Origin: a virus
Length of the DNA stretch: 64,000 nucleotides
IMG/VR virus record: IMGVR_UViG_3300045256_000294
Location: 32,001 to 96,000 of that record
Strand: one strand, 5' to 3'
In this document: piece by piece, positions 29,393-38,627 of the stretch
Position numbering within the stretch: the stretch's first letter is position 1
Layout of the letters: the number at the start of each line of letters is the position of its first letter
Translations under genes and position numbers: made by a program
The notes under the pieces: generated by a model
Database searches by the model: none
What the model was told of the DNA's origin: nothing
The model's input: only the letters and a program-made list of their open reading frames with translations

Positions 29393-30004
29393 TTAGTCGT
29401 CCTCCGGCTCCGGCTGGCATGGGACCTTCCCGGCCAACAGAGCCTGATACTCAGTAAATCTCTCCGGATGAGCGGCCTTAACGTGCAGGGTGCGGCCCGG
29501 TGTGCTGGATACCTCAAACTTGCAGAACGGGCAAGTCAACCCACCGTCCCACCGCTTGGGGTCCTTGGGCTTGGGGTCCTTGGGCTTAGCGGCCTCCTGC
29601 TTCTTTACTTCGTCTGGGTGCTCAGGAATACTGTCCCAATCGATGATGAAGGGAGGGTGTGTCTGATACTTGTTATCCACCCTCTTAACGACACCACACC
29701 ACAAGTAATTCTTGCGTTTCTTGACCGCCTCGATCAACTCGGCGTAGTGAGCCTTGTCCTTGCAGCGGTGCATCTTGATGGGGCAGGGGTTGAGCCCAGG
29801 AGGGCATTCTAGGAAGACAGTCCAGTCGTAGTCAATGCCGCTCTTGGGTGGACCGCTCTGGTCGAGGCGAATTGTGGCGTCTTCGAGCGAGTATTCCTCG
29901 CCCTCGATCATATACCGGTCACCGTCCCGCCGCACGTCCTGACCGCGGACACGACTGGATTTACCGGGCTTGATGGATCGTAGTTGTTCGGCTGTCTTGC
30001 TCAT
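29393..30004 (-). CDS. hypothetical protein with C-terminal C2H2 zinc finger
   Basis: WDGGLTCPFC...GRTLHVKAAHP; KPKDP repeats. Confidence 0.7.
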   Translation of the reverse strand: MSKTAEQLRSIKPGKSSRVRGQDVRRDGDRYMIEGEEYSLEDATIRLDQSGPPKSGIDYDWTVFLECPPGLNPCPIKMHRCKDKAHYAELIEAVKKRKNYLWCGVVKRVDNKYQTHPPFIIDWDSIPEHPDEVKKQEAAKPKDPKPKDPKRWDGGLTCPFCKFEVSSTPGRTLHVKAAHPERFTEYQALLAGKVPCQPEPEDD

Positions 30005-30033
30005 AATCCTTCAATACAACAGCCGTATGCCGC

Positions 30034-30183
30034 CTAATTCCCTGTTATGGCGTAACCGATGGCAGCGATAATGGCAATAGCCAGAAGAATACCGACCTTC
30101 CACCAGAAAATGGGGTCCTTGGGCTTACCGCCGCTTGGGGGCTGGGTTGGGTTGAAGTCCCCACCCAGAGGTAGAATTGGCAT
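30034..30183 (-). CDS. small membrane protein (49 aa)
   Basis: MPILPLGG...WWKVGILLAIAIIAAIGYAITGN, translated by hand. Confidence 0.5.
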   Translation of the reverse strand: MPILPLGGDFNPTQPPSGGKPKDPIFWWKVGILLAIAIIAAIGYAITGN

Positions 30184-30628
30184 TGGCCGCTCCTTGTGTC
30201 AGAGAATCGAATTCTTTTTGGGTCTCCATCCCCATCTTCGCCAGTTCACGGGCACGAACGAGTTGTCCACCCATCTCCGCATGCACCATCACCTGGATGT
30301 CTTTATAATACCCGTACCAGCGACGAGCATCCACCATGGCCGCAATAATACCATCTGGACCACCCTTGGTCAAGTAGGTGGCGACCTCCGGCGATTCGAC
30401 GTGAACCGTTGCCTTAGCTCCCCGGAATGCTGGGGCCACAGACGCCAGGGCGAGTCGCACAGCCTGGAAGTCACAGAGTTCCTGAGGAGAACCACCCAGG
30501 CCCCAAGCGAACTCCCGCCGTTGAGTCCGTCCGTGCTCATCCCGAAACAGCAGGACGATCCCACATCCACCCAGGATGTGGGGATCTTCACCTTGGCTTA
30601 GACCGACGCAGTACAGATCGATCGTCAC
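30125..30628 (-). CDS. RNase HI-fold protein, probably inactive
   Basis: LY..G.S...GGCGIVL...AVRLAL...VHVES pattern with altered catalytic acids. Confidence 0.5.
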   Translation of the reverse strand: MTIDLYCVGLSQGEDPHILGGCGIVLLFRDEHGRTQRREFAWGLGGSPQELCDFQAVRLALASVAPAFRGAKATVHVESPEVATYLTKGGPDGIIAAMVDARRWYGYYKDIQVMVHAEMGGQLVRARELAKMGMETQKEFDSLTQGAANANSTSGWGLQPNPAPKRR

Positions 30629-31140
30629 AGAATGTTCCCCATTACATCAGTCATGTCCGGGTAGCGGGCCTTGGTGTAGGTGGACAGACTACGCAGGGCC
30701 TCGGCTATCTCCTTAAGTAAAGCACTCTTGGCAGCGATTTTGTCGGGAAGCTGCCGGGCTTTACCGATGACGACAAGAAGGTTGTCACCCTTGTTCTGGA
30801 TGCTCGCCGGGAACTGGTCTCCCTTGGCGGCAGCTTGGGTCGCACGTTGATCGATTGACTGTTGGACAAAGAGAGCAACGGACTCGACGATAGCGAAGGC
30901 GAGCTTGGCCATCTCGGACTTTCGCCGTGTATCGTCCTTATCTTCAAGGAAGTCGATGAGCTTGACTAGGAAGACCGTCAACTGCGGCGACGGCCCCTGC
31001 ATGATGACAAGGTGAGTGCGAATTGAGTGCTTGAGTTCTTCGAGTAGCCGATCGGCAGATGGCGACAGGTTGGCGTCGATCGGTGTCCGCTCTTCTTCGG
31101 GCACCAAGGTGTCATCACCGGGCAGGTTCGCGTCCGACAT
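30625..31140 (-). CDS. hypothetical helical protein
   Basis: 171-aa ORF with GGAGG RBS. Confidence 0.75.
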   Translation of the reverse strand: MSDANLPGDDTLVPEEERTPIDANLSPSADRLLEELKHSIRTHLVIMQGPSPQLTVFLVKLIDFLEDKDDTRRKSEMAKLAFAIVESVALFVQQSIDQRATQAAAKGDQFPASIQNKGDNLLVVIGKARQLPDKIAAKSALLKEIAEALRSLSTYTKARYPDMTDVMGNIL

Positions 31141-31146
31141 GTAATA

Positions 31147-31175
31147 GCCTCCAGTAGTGGCTATCTACTGGAGGC
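31147..31175 (-). promoter_or_regulatory. 11-bp hairpin sequestering the RBS of the 30625-31140 gene
   Basis: GCCTCCAGTAG / CTACTGGAGGC; the minus-strand GGAGG lies in the stem. Confidence 0.55.
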
Positions 31176-31245
31176 CAAAATTTTCAATCACCGCCACAGT
31201 CCCCACCAACCACTAGTCCCAGAATCGCATCGTACATAGTTATCC

Positions 31246-34200
31246 TCAGTTTACTGGATCAGGCATACTCAGGTTCAGCATATACCCTCCACGCGATGGC
31301 GACAGGAAGCGGTCGAAAGACAGCCCCCACAGCAACGGGTCGAGGGTGTGAATACCGAGCAGGTAGCAGACCAGTGAACCACCAGCACTCCCACGTGGGC
31401 TAAAAGGCCAGCCCTGCTCGCGGCCGTGCAGCACCAGGGTCCGCGTAATAATGAAGTACGACGAGAAGCCCTTATCGATGAACCGCTTGAGTTCGATCTT
31501 AGCCTGCTCGACGTAAGTCACTTCTTTACCGTCGATGATGAACTTCTCCCGGCACGTATCCAGGCCAAGCTCACGGAGTCGAAGGGCGACCAGCCGCTTC
31601 AACTCCTCATCAGCATTCGGAATGTTCGGGATCTTTGGATCAGGATCGAAATCGAACGGCGTCACCTTGTCCGCTATGACCAATGAGTTATCGCACATCG
31701 TCTCGAATACGCTGTCCGGAATCCCCTTCGAGTAAGGATAATTCTTGAAGCGAGCCCAAAGCTCACCCCGTGTCTTCATATACTGCTCGTCAGAATTGAC
31801 GTGAAACAGGTCCTTGCTGTAAACGTTGGTGTCCTGAGCGATGGCCATCATCACTTTCTGCAACAGGAAGTCCTTCCGCGTCAGGTAATGGCAATTTGAA
31901 CTAGTAACCCCAACCAAGAAGCTGCTATCATCTTCCACTTGAATACACCATACCTCCGAAATATCAGATTCAATCCGACGAAATGGATTCTTAATCCAGA
32001 CAATATCGCCTTCAAGCTTCCATTTCCGCCGGACCTTAGCGGAATCATAAGAAACATCGTAACCGAGAGCACGCAGGCCAATTTTACCGACACTACCAGT
32101 ATAGCCTTCGCGGCGGTGTGTGCATATCACCCCACGCTTCTTACTCCTAATAACCATCTGTTTCGCCGGGCGAAGCGAGGTGGTGACCCCTAGCCCAACC
32201 GCCGCAAAAGCCTGAACCAGGTCCGTCAATAATTGAATTGAGACGGTGAAGAACGATTTACGACTCCGGCAACTATCACCATCAAAATAGCCACGCAGGA
32301 GCACCAGCAACTGGCGCTGAGACAGACTAGACCAAAATGCGGGTAACCGCTTCTTGTGCGATCTATTACCCATAAGATCTGAGAAGAGGTATGAGAAGCC
32401 AGAAGAACAAACCCTGGTACGTACCCCCCTCCCACTAATAGCAACGTGTCTGATCTGCGGATTAAAACCGAATCCAGAGAAAAATCCTTTGAGACGATTG
32501 AAAAGATGTGGCTCGTTCTCATGATGACCGAAAGTGAGACGATACCCGTCCGATGCCCCCTCGGATAGATACATGCCCATGGTCCAAAGCAGATCATCAG
32601 ATAATTCCAAATGATCTGGAATTGGATTAATTGTCTTGCCACCGACTGGGAACACCAAACCATTACGAATTGCGAGACGCGACCCTCGCAAATAGTCTGA
32701 AGCACGAATTGTTCGCAAATCATCACTTGGCAAAATGATGCGGCTCACGGCGATCTCAGCATTTGGGTCAAGTTGCTGGATTTCTCTAAACCCAACTACC
32801 CCATCGGCGTTGTGCCTAGATAAAAGTTTGTGATTACCAGTACACTGAATGGCCTTACTACCAAGATATCCATAAATGGCCTCACCGTCCCGAACCCGGC
32901 GTTTCCCGACTTGTATGACTTGCCGGAGCCGACCGCGATGAGTCCACACTAAATCACCAGGTCTCAATTCACAAAGTTTCTTAGATCCGGCGGCAGTCTG
33001 AACCGGCACTTCCGAATTCCAACAATCGTTCGCTAGAACCAGTGGGATCTTGTAGTTGTCGGCGAGCATAACCAGAGTGCGGAACACCCAAGCGTCGTCC
33101 TCTACGCCCGGCATTTGCAATTCCATGTAGTAGTCATCGCCAAAGACCGCCTTGAACTTCTTGACCCAGGTGACCGCCTCGTCCAACCGGGTCTTACGAT
33201 CACGTTCTAGGATCAAGTTACCATCCCGGTCCCGAAGTTCCTTATATCGCAATTCATGACATACCGGCCCGTTGAGGCACCCAGACAGGACGATAAGTCC
33301 TTCCTTGAACTCGCACAACTTATCAAACCAAATGCGGTTGAACTGCTTCTGACTGACGCCGAACAGCCCGGTGCCGTAAGCTTGGGTGGTCAATTTGACC
33401 AAATTCTCGAAGCCAGTCTTGTTCTTGCACAGCACCGTAAGGTGGCGGTTACGGATAATACGGGCTGCGAGTTCTGGGTTCTGCCGCCGCCACTCAGGAG
33501 AGCGGACTTTGTGACCACGCCTCTCCAGGTCTTGGCGGACCGGCTCGAAGTCGTTGAAGTAGATCTCACAGTTGTGGACAGCAACTCCTGTGTAATACGA
33601 ATTGTCGCCCTCAACTTCCATGTTGTACACTGTACCTGAGTAACGATCTTTCTCTACTGCATACACCGGGAGATAAATGTACTCATCGTCATAATCATAG
33701 TGAAAATGACCACTCTCACGCCTGCGAATTGTGTATGAGCCCTGGCGACCATCGACCCCGGGCAGTTTAGTCACTGCGGAGTGTTGCGGAACGTCTAGCT
33801 TCGTCATTAGCAACCTGGCTTGCCAGACGAGGGTCCTACTAGACAGTTTCAGGTAACTGCTTCGTTCACCACATTTGACATCCCCATCGTACAGACCATT
33901 AAGCAGTGCCTTGGTCTGTTCACGATTCAGACGATGTAACCACACATCTGGGATCTTCTTTTCGCTGAAACCGGAACCGAACAGGTGCACGAACAATCGG
34001 CCGAAGAAATCGGAATAGACCTGGACATCCATGACCTGCTGTCGCCGCGATTCACCGTCCCCGTCCCGCATACTAAATGATGTCTTGATGTCAAACTGAG
34101 CGAAATAAGCCGCGATTCGCTCATAGAAATGATATTCATCAGCGGCGAGAGAAAAGTGCGGACCACCATTGGGTGCCGATCCTGCGGCAAGCCAAAGACC

Positions 34201-35064
34201 CATAATCCACAGCAGCTCATCGTCCATGTCTAGGAACATAGGAAGGTTGACATCGACAGTGGTCCGGTAGCCCTCTTTGGTGTAAGTCGCCGATACGATC
34301 TGGGCACGCCCCGAGTCGATTAGCGGTTCCACAGACATATCTGACGGGAAGATTTTATCGACAAGATCGATATCTGTATATTCACCGACAGGGAGACGAG
34401 GCACACACAGATAAAATCTATGCCGCCGTTTGTTAGAACGATCCTGACTCCGATTGCTAGCATATGTTCGGCAATACTTCTCCCTGAATAATTCATCAGC
34501 ACGCCGAAACCCACAAGTAATAATATCTTCCCATACACCTTTCTTGACTTCGGCCCTGGTTACCTCACGGACCAGAAGCGGGTGCTCAGGCGTACAAACC
34601 TGATCTTCTACACCCCATGCCTTAATCCGTATAATGTCGCCATTGTACTGTCGAGTCTGCAGGTTCAGAACGCGACAAACACGGGCCCTATGGGTGAGCA
34701 CCATATCGTCCGGCTGGACATCTACGAAAGGCTTCACACCACTCGTGGTATAGATTGGTTGCAATGGTAAGAAACAGCCGGGGATGTACTTGACCTTCGC
34801 TTTCTTGAAGGCGAGGTACATGTCTGGGACACTGGCCATGTGCCCGTGTTCGGTCGCACTCATGGCGGGATAGCCACGCTTCTTACACTGCTCGGCGTAC
34901 TGCTCCGGGGTGGCCACTCCATCCAAGGTAGAGAAGACGGTGTGGTTGTGGAGGTGGACGAAGGTGCTGGAGCCGGTGTAGTCTTCCGGCTTATACTTCT
35001 CCTCAACCACCTTCGGCGTTGGGGCCGGTTGTTGGGGAGCGAGTTGTGGGTTAACCTCGACCAT
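31246..35064 (-). CDS. dnaE: DNA polymerase III alpha, N-terminal piece (PHP domain plus start of palm) with two inteins
   Basis: FVHLHNHT.FS.LDG, TEHG, G|CE, LSGCL.G, ND|CHY, RGSAGGSLV.YLLGI, FDRFL. Confidence 0.92.
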   Translation of the reverse strand: MVEVNPQLAPQQPAPTPKVVEEKYKPEDYTGSSTFVHLHNHTVFSTLDGVATPEQYAEQCKKRGYPAMSATEHGHMASVPDMYLAFKKAKVKYIPGCFLPLQPIYTTSGVKPFVDVQPDDMVLTHRARVCRVLNLQTRQYNGDIIRIKAWGVEDQVCTPEHPLLVREVTRAEVKKGVWEDIITCGFRRADELFREKYCRTYASNRSQDRSNKRRHRFYLCVPRLPVGEYTDIDLVDKIFPSDMSVEPLIDSGRAQIVSATYTKEGYRTTVDVNLPMFLDMDDELLWIMGLWLAAGSAPNGGPHFSLAADEYHFYERIAAYFAQFDIKTSFSMRDGDGESRRQQVMDVQVYSDFFGRLFVHLFGSGFSEKKIPDVWLHRLNREQTKALLNGLYDGDVKCGERSSYLKLSSRTLVWQARLLMTKLDVPQHSAVTKLPGVDGRQGSYTIRRRESGHFHYDYDDEYIYLPVYAVEKDRYSGTVYNMEVEGDNSYYTGVAVHNCEIYFNDFEPVRQDLERRGHKVRSPEWRRQNPELAARIIRNRHLTVLCKNKTGFENLVKLTTQAYGTGLFGVSQKQFNRIWFDKLCEFKEGLIVLSGCLNGPVCHELRYKELRDRDGNLILERDRKTRLDEAVTWVKKFKAVFGDDYYMELQMPGVEDDAWVFRTLVMLADNYKIPLVLANDCWNSEVPVQTAAGSKKLCELRPGDLVWTHRGRLRQVIQVGKRRVRDGEAIYGYLGSKAIQCTGNHKLLSRHNADGVVGFREIQQLDPNAEIAVSRIILPSDDLRTIRASDYLRGSRLAIRNGLVFPVGGKTINPIPDHLELSDDLLWTMGMYLSEGASDGYRLTFGHHENEPHLFNRLKGFFSGFGFNPQIRHVAISGRGVRTRVCSSGFSYLFSDLMGNRSHKKRLPAFWSSLSQRQLLVLLRGYFDGDSCRSRKSFFTVSIQLLTDLVQAFAAVGLGVTTSLRPAKQMVIRSKKRGVICTHRREGYTGSVGKIGLRALGYDVSYDSAKVRRKWKLEGDIVWIKNPFRRIESDISEVWCIQVEDDSSFLVGVTSSNCHYLTRKDFLLQKVMMAIAQDTNVYSKDLFHVNSDEQYMKTRGELWARFKNYPYSKGIPDSVFETMCDNSLVIADKVTPFDFDPDPKIPNIPNADEELKRLVALRLRELGLDTCREKFIIDGKEVTYVEQAKIELKRFIDKGFSSYFIITRTLVLHGREQGWPFSPRGSAGGSLVCYLLGIHTLDPLLWGLSFDRFLSPSRGGYMLNLSMPDPVN
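31894..33024 (-). mobile_element. intein 2 in the DnaE PHP domain (377 aa)
   Basis: LAND|CWNS...TGNHK...TSSN|CHY; blocks GMYLSEG and GYFDGD. Confidence 0.9.
33571..34776 (-). mobile_element. intein 1 in the DnaE PHP domain (402 aa)
   Basis: YIPG|CFLP...TPEHP...VAVHN|CEIY; the first LAGLIDADG block (GLWLAAG) has lost its acidic residue. Confidence 0.9.
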
Positions 35065-35761
35065 TGAGAATTTCTAGTCGCTGTTGGACATGTTCTGGTA
35101 CGCCCCGGTAGGCGGCGATCCCTCTATCCAGCACCACAGCCAATACAGCCTTGCACAATTCCGCGTCCAGATCATCGGTCTGAGGGAGCACAGGTTCCTG
35201 TGGTTCGCGGCCTAGCCGCTTGATGAACCTTTCGAACACGACGACAAGGCCCGGTCGATGTTTGGTAGCGAATTTCCACAGACGACACAGGTAGTTGTGA
35301 AAGCCATCATCGCCCAATTTAGCCCGAAGCTCATCGAACTTCTCGCGGACTTTAGCCGCCCAGACCGTCTCCAACTTCACAGGGTCTAGAGCTTCTATCC
35401 AGTAGTGCCGCCCATACTCACCCATCCGCTCCATCACCGCTTGCTTAGTAACCATGGCGGTGCGGAGTGCTACCGCCCTGAGATCGCCTGCTGAATAAGA
35501 CTTGGACAGACCAAGCTTAAATGCCGCTACAATATCCTTGAAGGACTGCAGGCTATAGCGTTGATGTGTCTTAGCCTGGAACCATGAATCCAGATTTGGT
35601 ATGAGTTGGGGCTTGAGGTCGCTGTCGAGGATACGAGGCACCGGCTCTAACTGCATGAACCAGAGGTCGAAATCGATGTTAAAGGCTACAAAGTTCCCCT
35701 CAACAGAATGCAACACTAGTTCCACCATGGTACTCTTATCAGGCAGAAGCCGTAGGACCAA
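35051..35761 (-). CDS. hypothetical protein
   Basis: 236-aa ORF overlapping the dnaE start. Confidence 0.65.
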   Translation of the reverse strand: MVLRLLPDKSTMVELVLHSVEGNFVAFNIDFDLWFMQLEPVPRILDSDLKPQLIPNLDSWFQAKTHQRYSLQSFKDIVAAFKLGLSKSYSAGDLRAVALRTAMVTKQAVMERMGEYGRHYWIEALDPVKLETVWAAKVREKFDELRAKLGDDGFHNYLCRLWKFATKHRPGLVVVFERFIKRLGREPQEPVLPQTDDLDAELCKAVLAVVLDRGIAAYRGVPEHVQQRLEILNGRG

Positions 35762-36065
35762 GGCTCTGAGCGGCTAGGGGTTCATGGGTATATCTGGCAG
35801 TCCCGAAGACGAGCACGAAGCGGTAGGGAGCCTTTTTGGAATCCGGAGCCAGGGCTACATGGACATGATCGAGAGTCCAAGATTCATCTCCATACACCAC
35901 CATCACCTGTGGATGGTGGCCGCAGGAATCGAAAGGGTCAAGATCGGCGACCGCTTCCATGCTGCTCCAGACCGCCTTACCAGGGACAGGTCTCATTACC
36001 CCGTCAATCTCCTGCTCGGCGACGGTCAACGACGGCCGGACCACCTCATTTGCTATAACGTGCAC
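35739..36065 (-). CDS. hypothetical protein
   Basis: 108-aa ORF. Confidence 0.6.
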   Translation of the reverse strand: MHVIANEVVRPSLTVAEQEIDGVMRPVPGKAVWSSMEAVADLDPFDSCGHHPQVMVVYGDESWTLDHVHVALAPDSKKAPYRFVLVFGTARYTHEPLAAQSLGPTASA

Positions 36066-36069
36066 GTTC

Positions 36070-36477
36070 CTACTCCAGGAGTTTCTTGCCGTAGCGGGTA
36101 ACGATACCCTTCGTCTTATTTAGTGTCTTGGGGTCAAGAACCGTCGGAGTGATCATTAACGGAACATAGGGGTAGTAGAAATAGCCACCATCGAAGAAAC
36201 TGCTACCTTTATAGCCCACCGCGTCGAGCTTCTTACAGATGGCGAAACGGTCTTTGAAATAACAAACCCATTCATTTTTACCGATCTCGGCGAGGACGAT
36301 AAAGAAGTCCAAAACGTCCGGATCTTCAATATAGTCATCAACGGTGACGATCGGGTGCCTAAATAGTGTGTTCTCTTCTTCTGGGGCAGCCCGTTCTGAG
36401 ACGTAGCGGAAGATCGCATGAGGTTCTTCAACCTCATACGGCTCACTATAATCGATGACTTGATACTCGTATTGCAT
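36070..36477 (-). CDS. small protein ending in a T4 gp23 major-capsid-like C-terminal peptide
   Basis: VGYKGSSFFDGGYFYYPYVPL...DP...KGIVTRYGKKLL. Confidence 0.7.
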   Translation of the reverse strand: MQYEYQVIDYSEPYEVEEPHAIFRYVSERAAPEEENTLFRHPIVTVDDYIEDPDVLDFFIVLAEIGKNEWVCYFKDRFAICKKLDAVGYKGSSFFDGGYFYYPYVPLMITPTVLDPKTLNKTKGIVTRYGKKLLE

Positions 36478-37001
36478 CAGAGTTGGGGATAGCGTTTCTT
36501 AACCAGTGGCATCGCGAACTTCCCGAACTTACGCATCACCGGCACGGCAACCACGAACTGCTCTCGGAAAAAGCAGATCCACTGGTTATCTTCGGTCCTC
36601 TTAAGTAGGACAAAAAAGTCACTAACATTAGGATCTTCAATATAGCCATCAACAAGGATCTCCTTACCGTGAGCCCTAGTCTTGATGACCCGATGAATAG
36701 CATGCGGTTCTTCGACCTCGCAATCCAGAATGCGGTATGATGATGGCGAACATCGACGACAACGGGAACATCCACTTCTCCGACGGCTTCATCGTCCCTG
36801 TCGATAAGATCCCGCGGAGCGACAACCGGATATACTGATGGTTCCCCCATTCGGCAAAATAGTCGAAGCATTTCGACAGACGTGGTACGAGATCTTGGGG
36901 CCAGCCCAGCCCGTCGGAAGATACGACGGCAGATCTGATACAGCGAGGGCCAGACTCTTGGTCCGGCCCCTGAAAAGACGCTTGATGAATTCTGGGATCA
37001 T
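36477..37001 (-). pseudogene. interrupted paralogue of 36070-36477 ending in a different capsid-like peptide
   Basis: EVEEPHAI...VDGYIEDPNVSDFFV...QWICFF matches the neighbour; ends KFAMPLVKKRYPQL; in-frame TGA at 36789-36791. Confidence 0.6.
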
Positions 37002-38086
37002 TAGAACATCTCAGCGGCCTTGAGCAACCCGTCAGCAACACAGTAGAGAGGCTGGTTCGACCGCTTGACCTCCCCCACACTGAACGGCAGGTCCGTCTCT
37101 TCGAGCTTCTTGATGACCCGTTGAGCGAAACCGCGGGGCGATGAGGTACCACCGGCCATGAAAATGTTCACGCCCTCTTCGATACGAGCCTCCGCCTCGT
37201 GTTCCTGGAACCCGGTGACGATCCCCTCAATCACCTTGCTGATGAGCACGTCGTAGTGCAGAACGATGTCCATACCCAGACGATCTTCCGGCTCCTTACC
37301 GGGGGTCAGATCAACCTCCATCTTGCGGCGGGAGACGGTTGTGGGCGTCTCCTTAGCCACCTTCTTGCGAGTCTTAGACAGTTCAGGATCATAACCGTGC
37401 CGCATAGCGACCTGAGTGTCAATCCAGTCGCCGGCCCCGACCCAACAGAAGGAGTAAACCTCCATGCCGTACTTGACGTAAGAGACGGTGACAGTACCAG
37501 CACCCCAAGAAATCCCGATACCAGTAGCGTCCTGACTCATATCCAGGACGATGGCATGCGATTCCTTGATGTTGTTGACTGTCTTCTTGGCCTTCGTCTC
37601 GTAGTTCTCAAGGATCATATTGACCACCCGCTGGTGGTAGTCAATGTTAGAGTCCTTGTTGATAGCCGGGGCGGTGGTGCAGTAACAGATCTTCACTTCC
37701 TCATCAAACTTGCCGAGATCATTCTCGGCCATATTGATGAGTCCGTGAATAATCGAGGATAGGACGGTCATCGCCTCCTCGTCTGGGCTGATACCGCCCT
37801 CGGCCATAGGCCGCAGGAGGGTGTCATTCTTGGCGTAGGCGAACTCCTCGGCGTCCCGGCCCAGGACGATGATACGGTTGTTCTCCAACTTGATCCAACG
37901 GGCTGGGCGTTCGGTGCCGTCGGACCGCTTCTTCTTGGGGTCGTTGAGCATGTTCTCCACAAACGGCGTAGCCCGCTCGAACGGCCAGTAACCGTTGATC
38001 TCGGAGATGAACCTGCTCTTGCCATCGTCACCCTTGAACGAGACGACGATGGTCTTGGTGCCGACGTCGAGGCCGAGATGTTTCAT
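37001..38086 (-). CDS. actin-fold ATPase (salactin/MamK-like)
   Basis: GLDVGT, RPMAEG, YHQ, GISWGAGT, GDWID, AGGTS; the frame stays open upstream to 38503. Confidence 0.8.
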   Translation of the reverse strand: MKHLGLDVGTKTIVVSFKGDDGKSRFISEINGYWPFERATPFVENMLNDPKKKRSDGTERPARWIKLENNRIIVLGRDAEEFAYAKNDTLLRPMAEGGISPDEEAMTVLSSIIHGLINMAENDLGKFDEEVKICYCTTAPAINKDSNIDYHQRVVNMILENYETKAKKTVNNIKESHAIVLDMSQDATGIGISWGAGTVTVSYVKYGMEVYSFCWVGAGDWIDTQVAMRHGYDPELSKTRKKVAKETPTTVSRRKMEVDLTPGKEPEDRLGMDIVLHYDVLISKVIEGIVTGFQEHEAEARIEEGVNIFMAGGTSSPRGFAQRVIKKLEETDLPFSVGEVKRSNQPLYCVADGLLKAAEMF

Positions 38087-38222
38087 GATGACTCTGATCC
38101 CTGTGTAGTCGTCGCCTAGCCTATATACCGTTGGGTGGTGCTCCTCCGCCGAAGAAGGGACGTCTGACAACCTTTCTAATCCCTGGGGCTGGGGGTCTAG
38201 GTGTGAGACGCCACTTTGGTCA

Positions 38223-38627
38223 TCAGACCTTACCGGGCGAGCAGGTTGAGGGTACGGTATCACCCTTTTCGTCGTCACCACCTTCTGGATCACTTGGTGG
38301 CTCTGGTTGTTTGTTTCCGTTACCTGGACCACCGAATCCGGCAGGCTTCGGGGCTCGCTTGAGAATGAGTTCCGGTGAGACGTCCGGGACACTGCTGGCT
38401 GTAGGGCGACGGATCTCTTGAGCCGCTTGGCTGACTTGGCCAGATGTGCCCTGAGTTGGGCTAGATGGCCAAAAGACGGGGGCGGGCTCCTTTCGTTGGC
38501 CATATAACTCTACCCATCTCTCTAATATCAACACCACTCTGTATCCTAAGTACAGCCAACCAAGACCCAGAACCCCCAGCAGGATGTGCCATAGCGGGTC
38601 GATCGTCAGCAGGATGGTGGAGGTCAT
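38223..38627 (-). CDS. membrane-anchored protein with Pro-rich tail
   Basis: N-terminal transmembrane helix; ATGA overlap with the upstream gene. Confidence 0.55.
   Translation of the reverse strand: MTSTILLTIDPLWHILLGVLGLGWLYLGYRVVLILERWVELYGQRKEPAPVFWPSSPTQGTSGQVSQAAQEIRRPTASSVPDVSPELILKRAPKPAGFGGPGNGNKQPEPPSDPEGGDDEKGDTVPSTCSPGKV

Noticed and set aside
36700-36735. Plus-strand FDLA/NPEC as another LADP-family copy
   Set aside because: It needs a frameshift and is the antisense of the minus-strand paralogue motif EVEEPHAI.
38087-38503. 139-aa N-terminal extension of the actin-like ORF
   Set aside because: It is low-complexity and overlaps the membrane-protein ORF, and the actin fold starts at MKHLGLDVGT. 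Not fully excluded.
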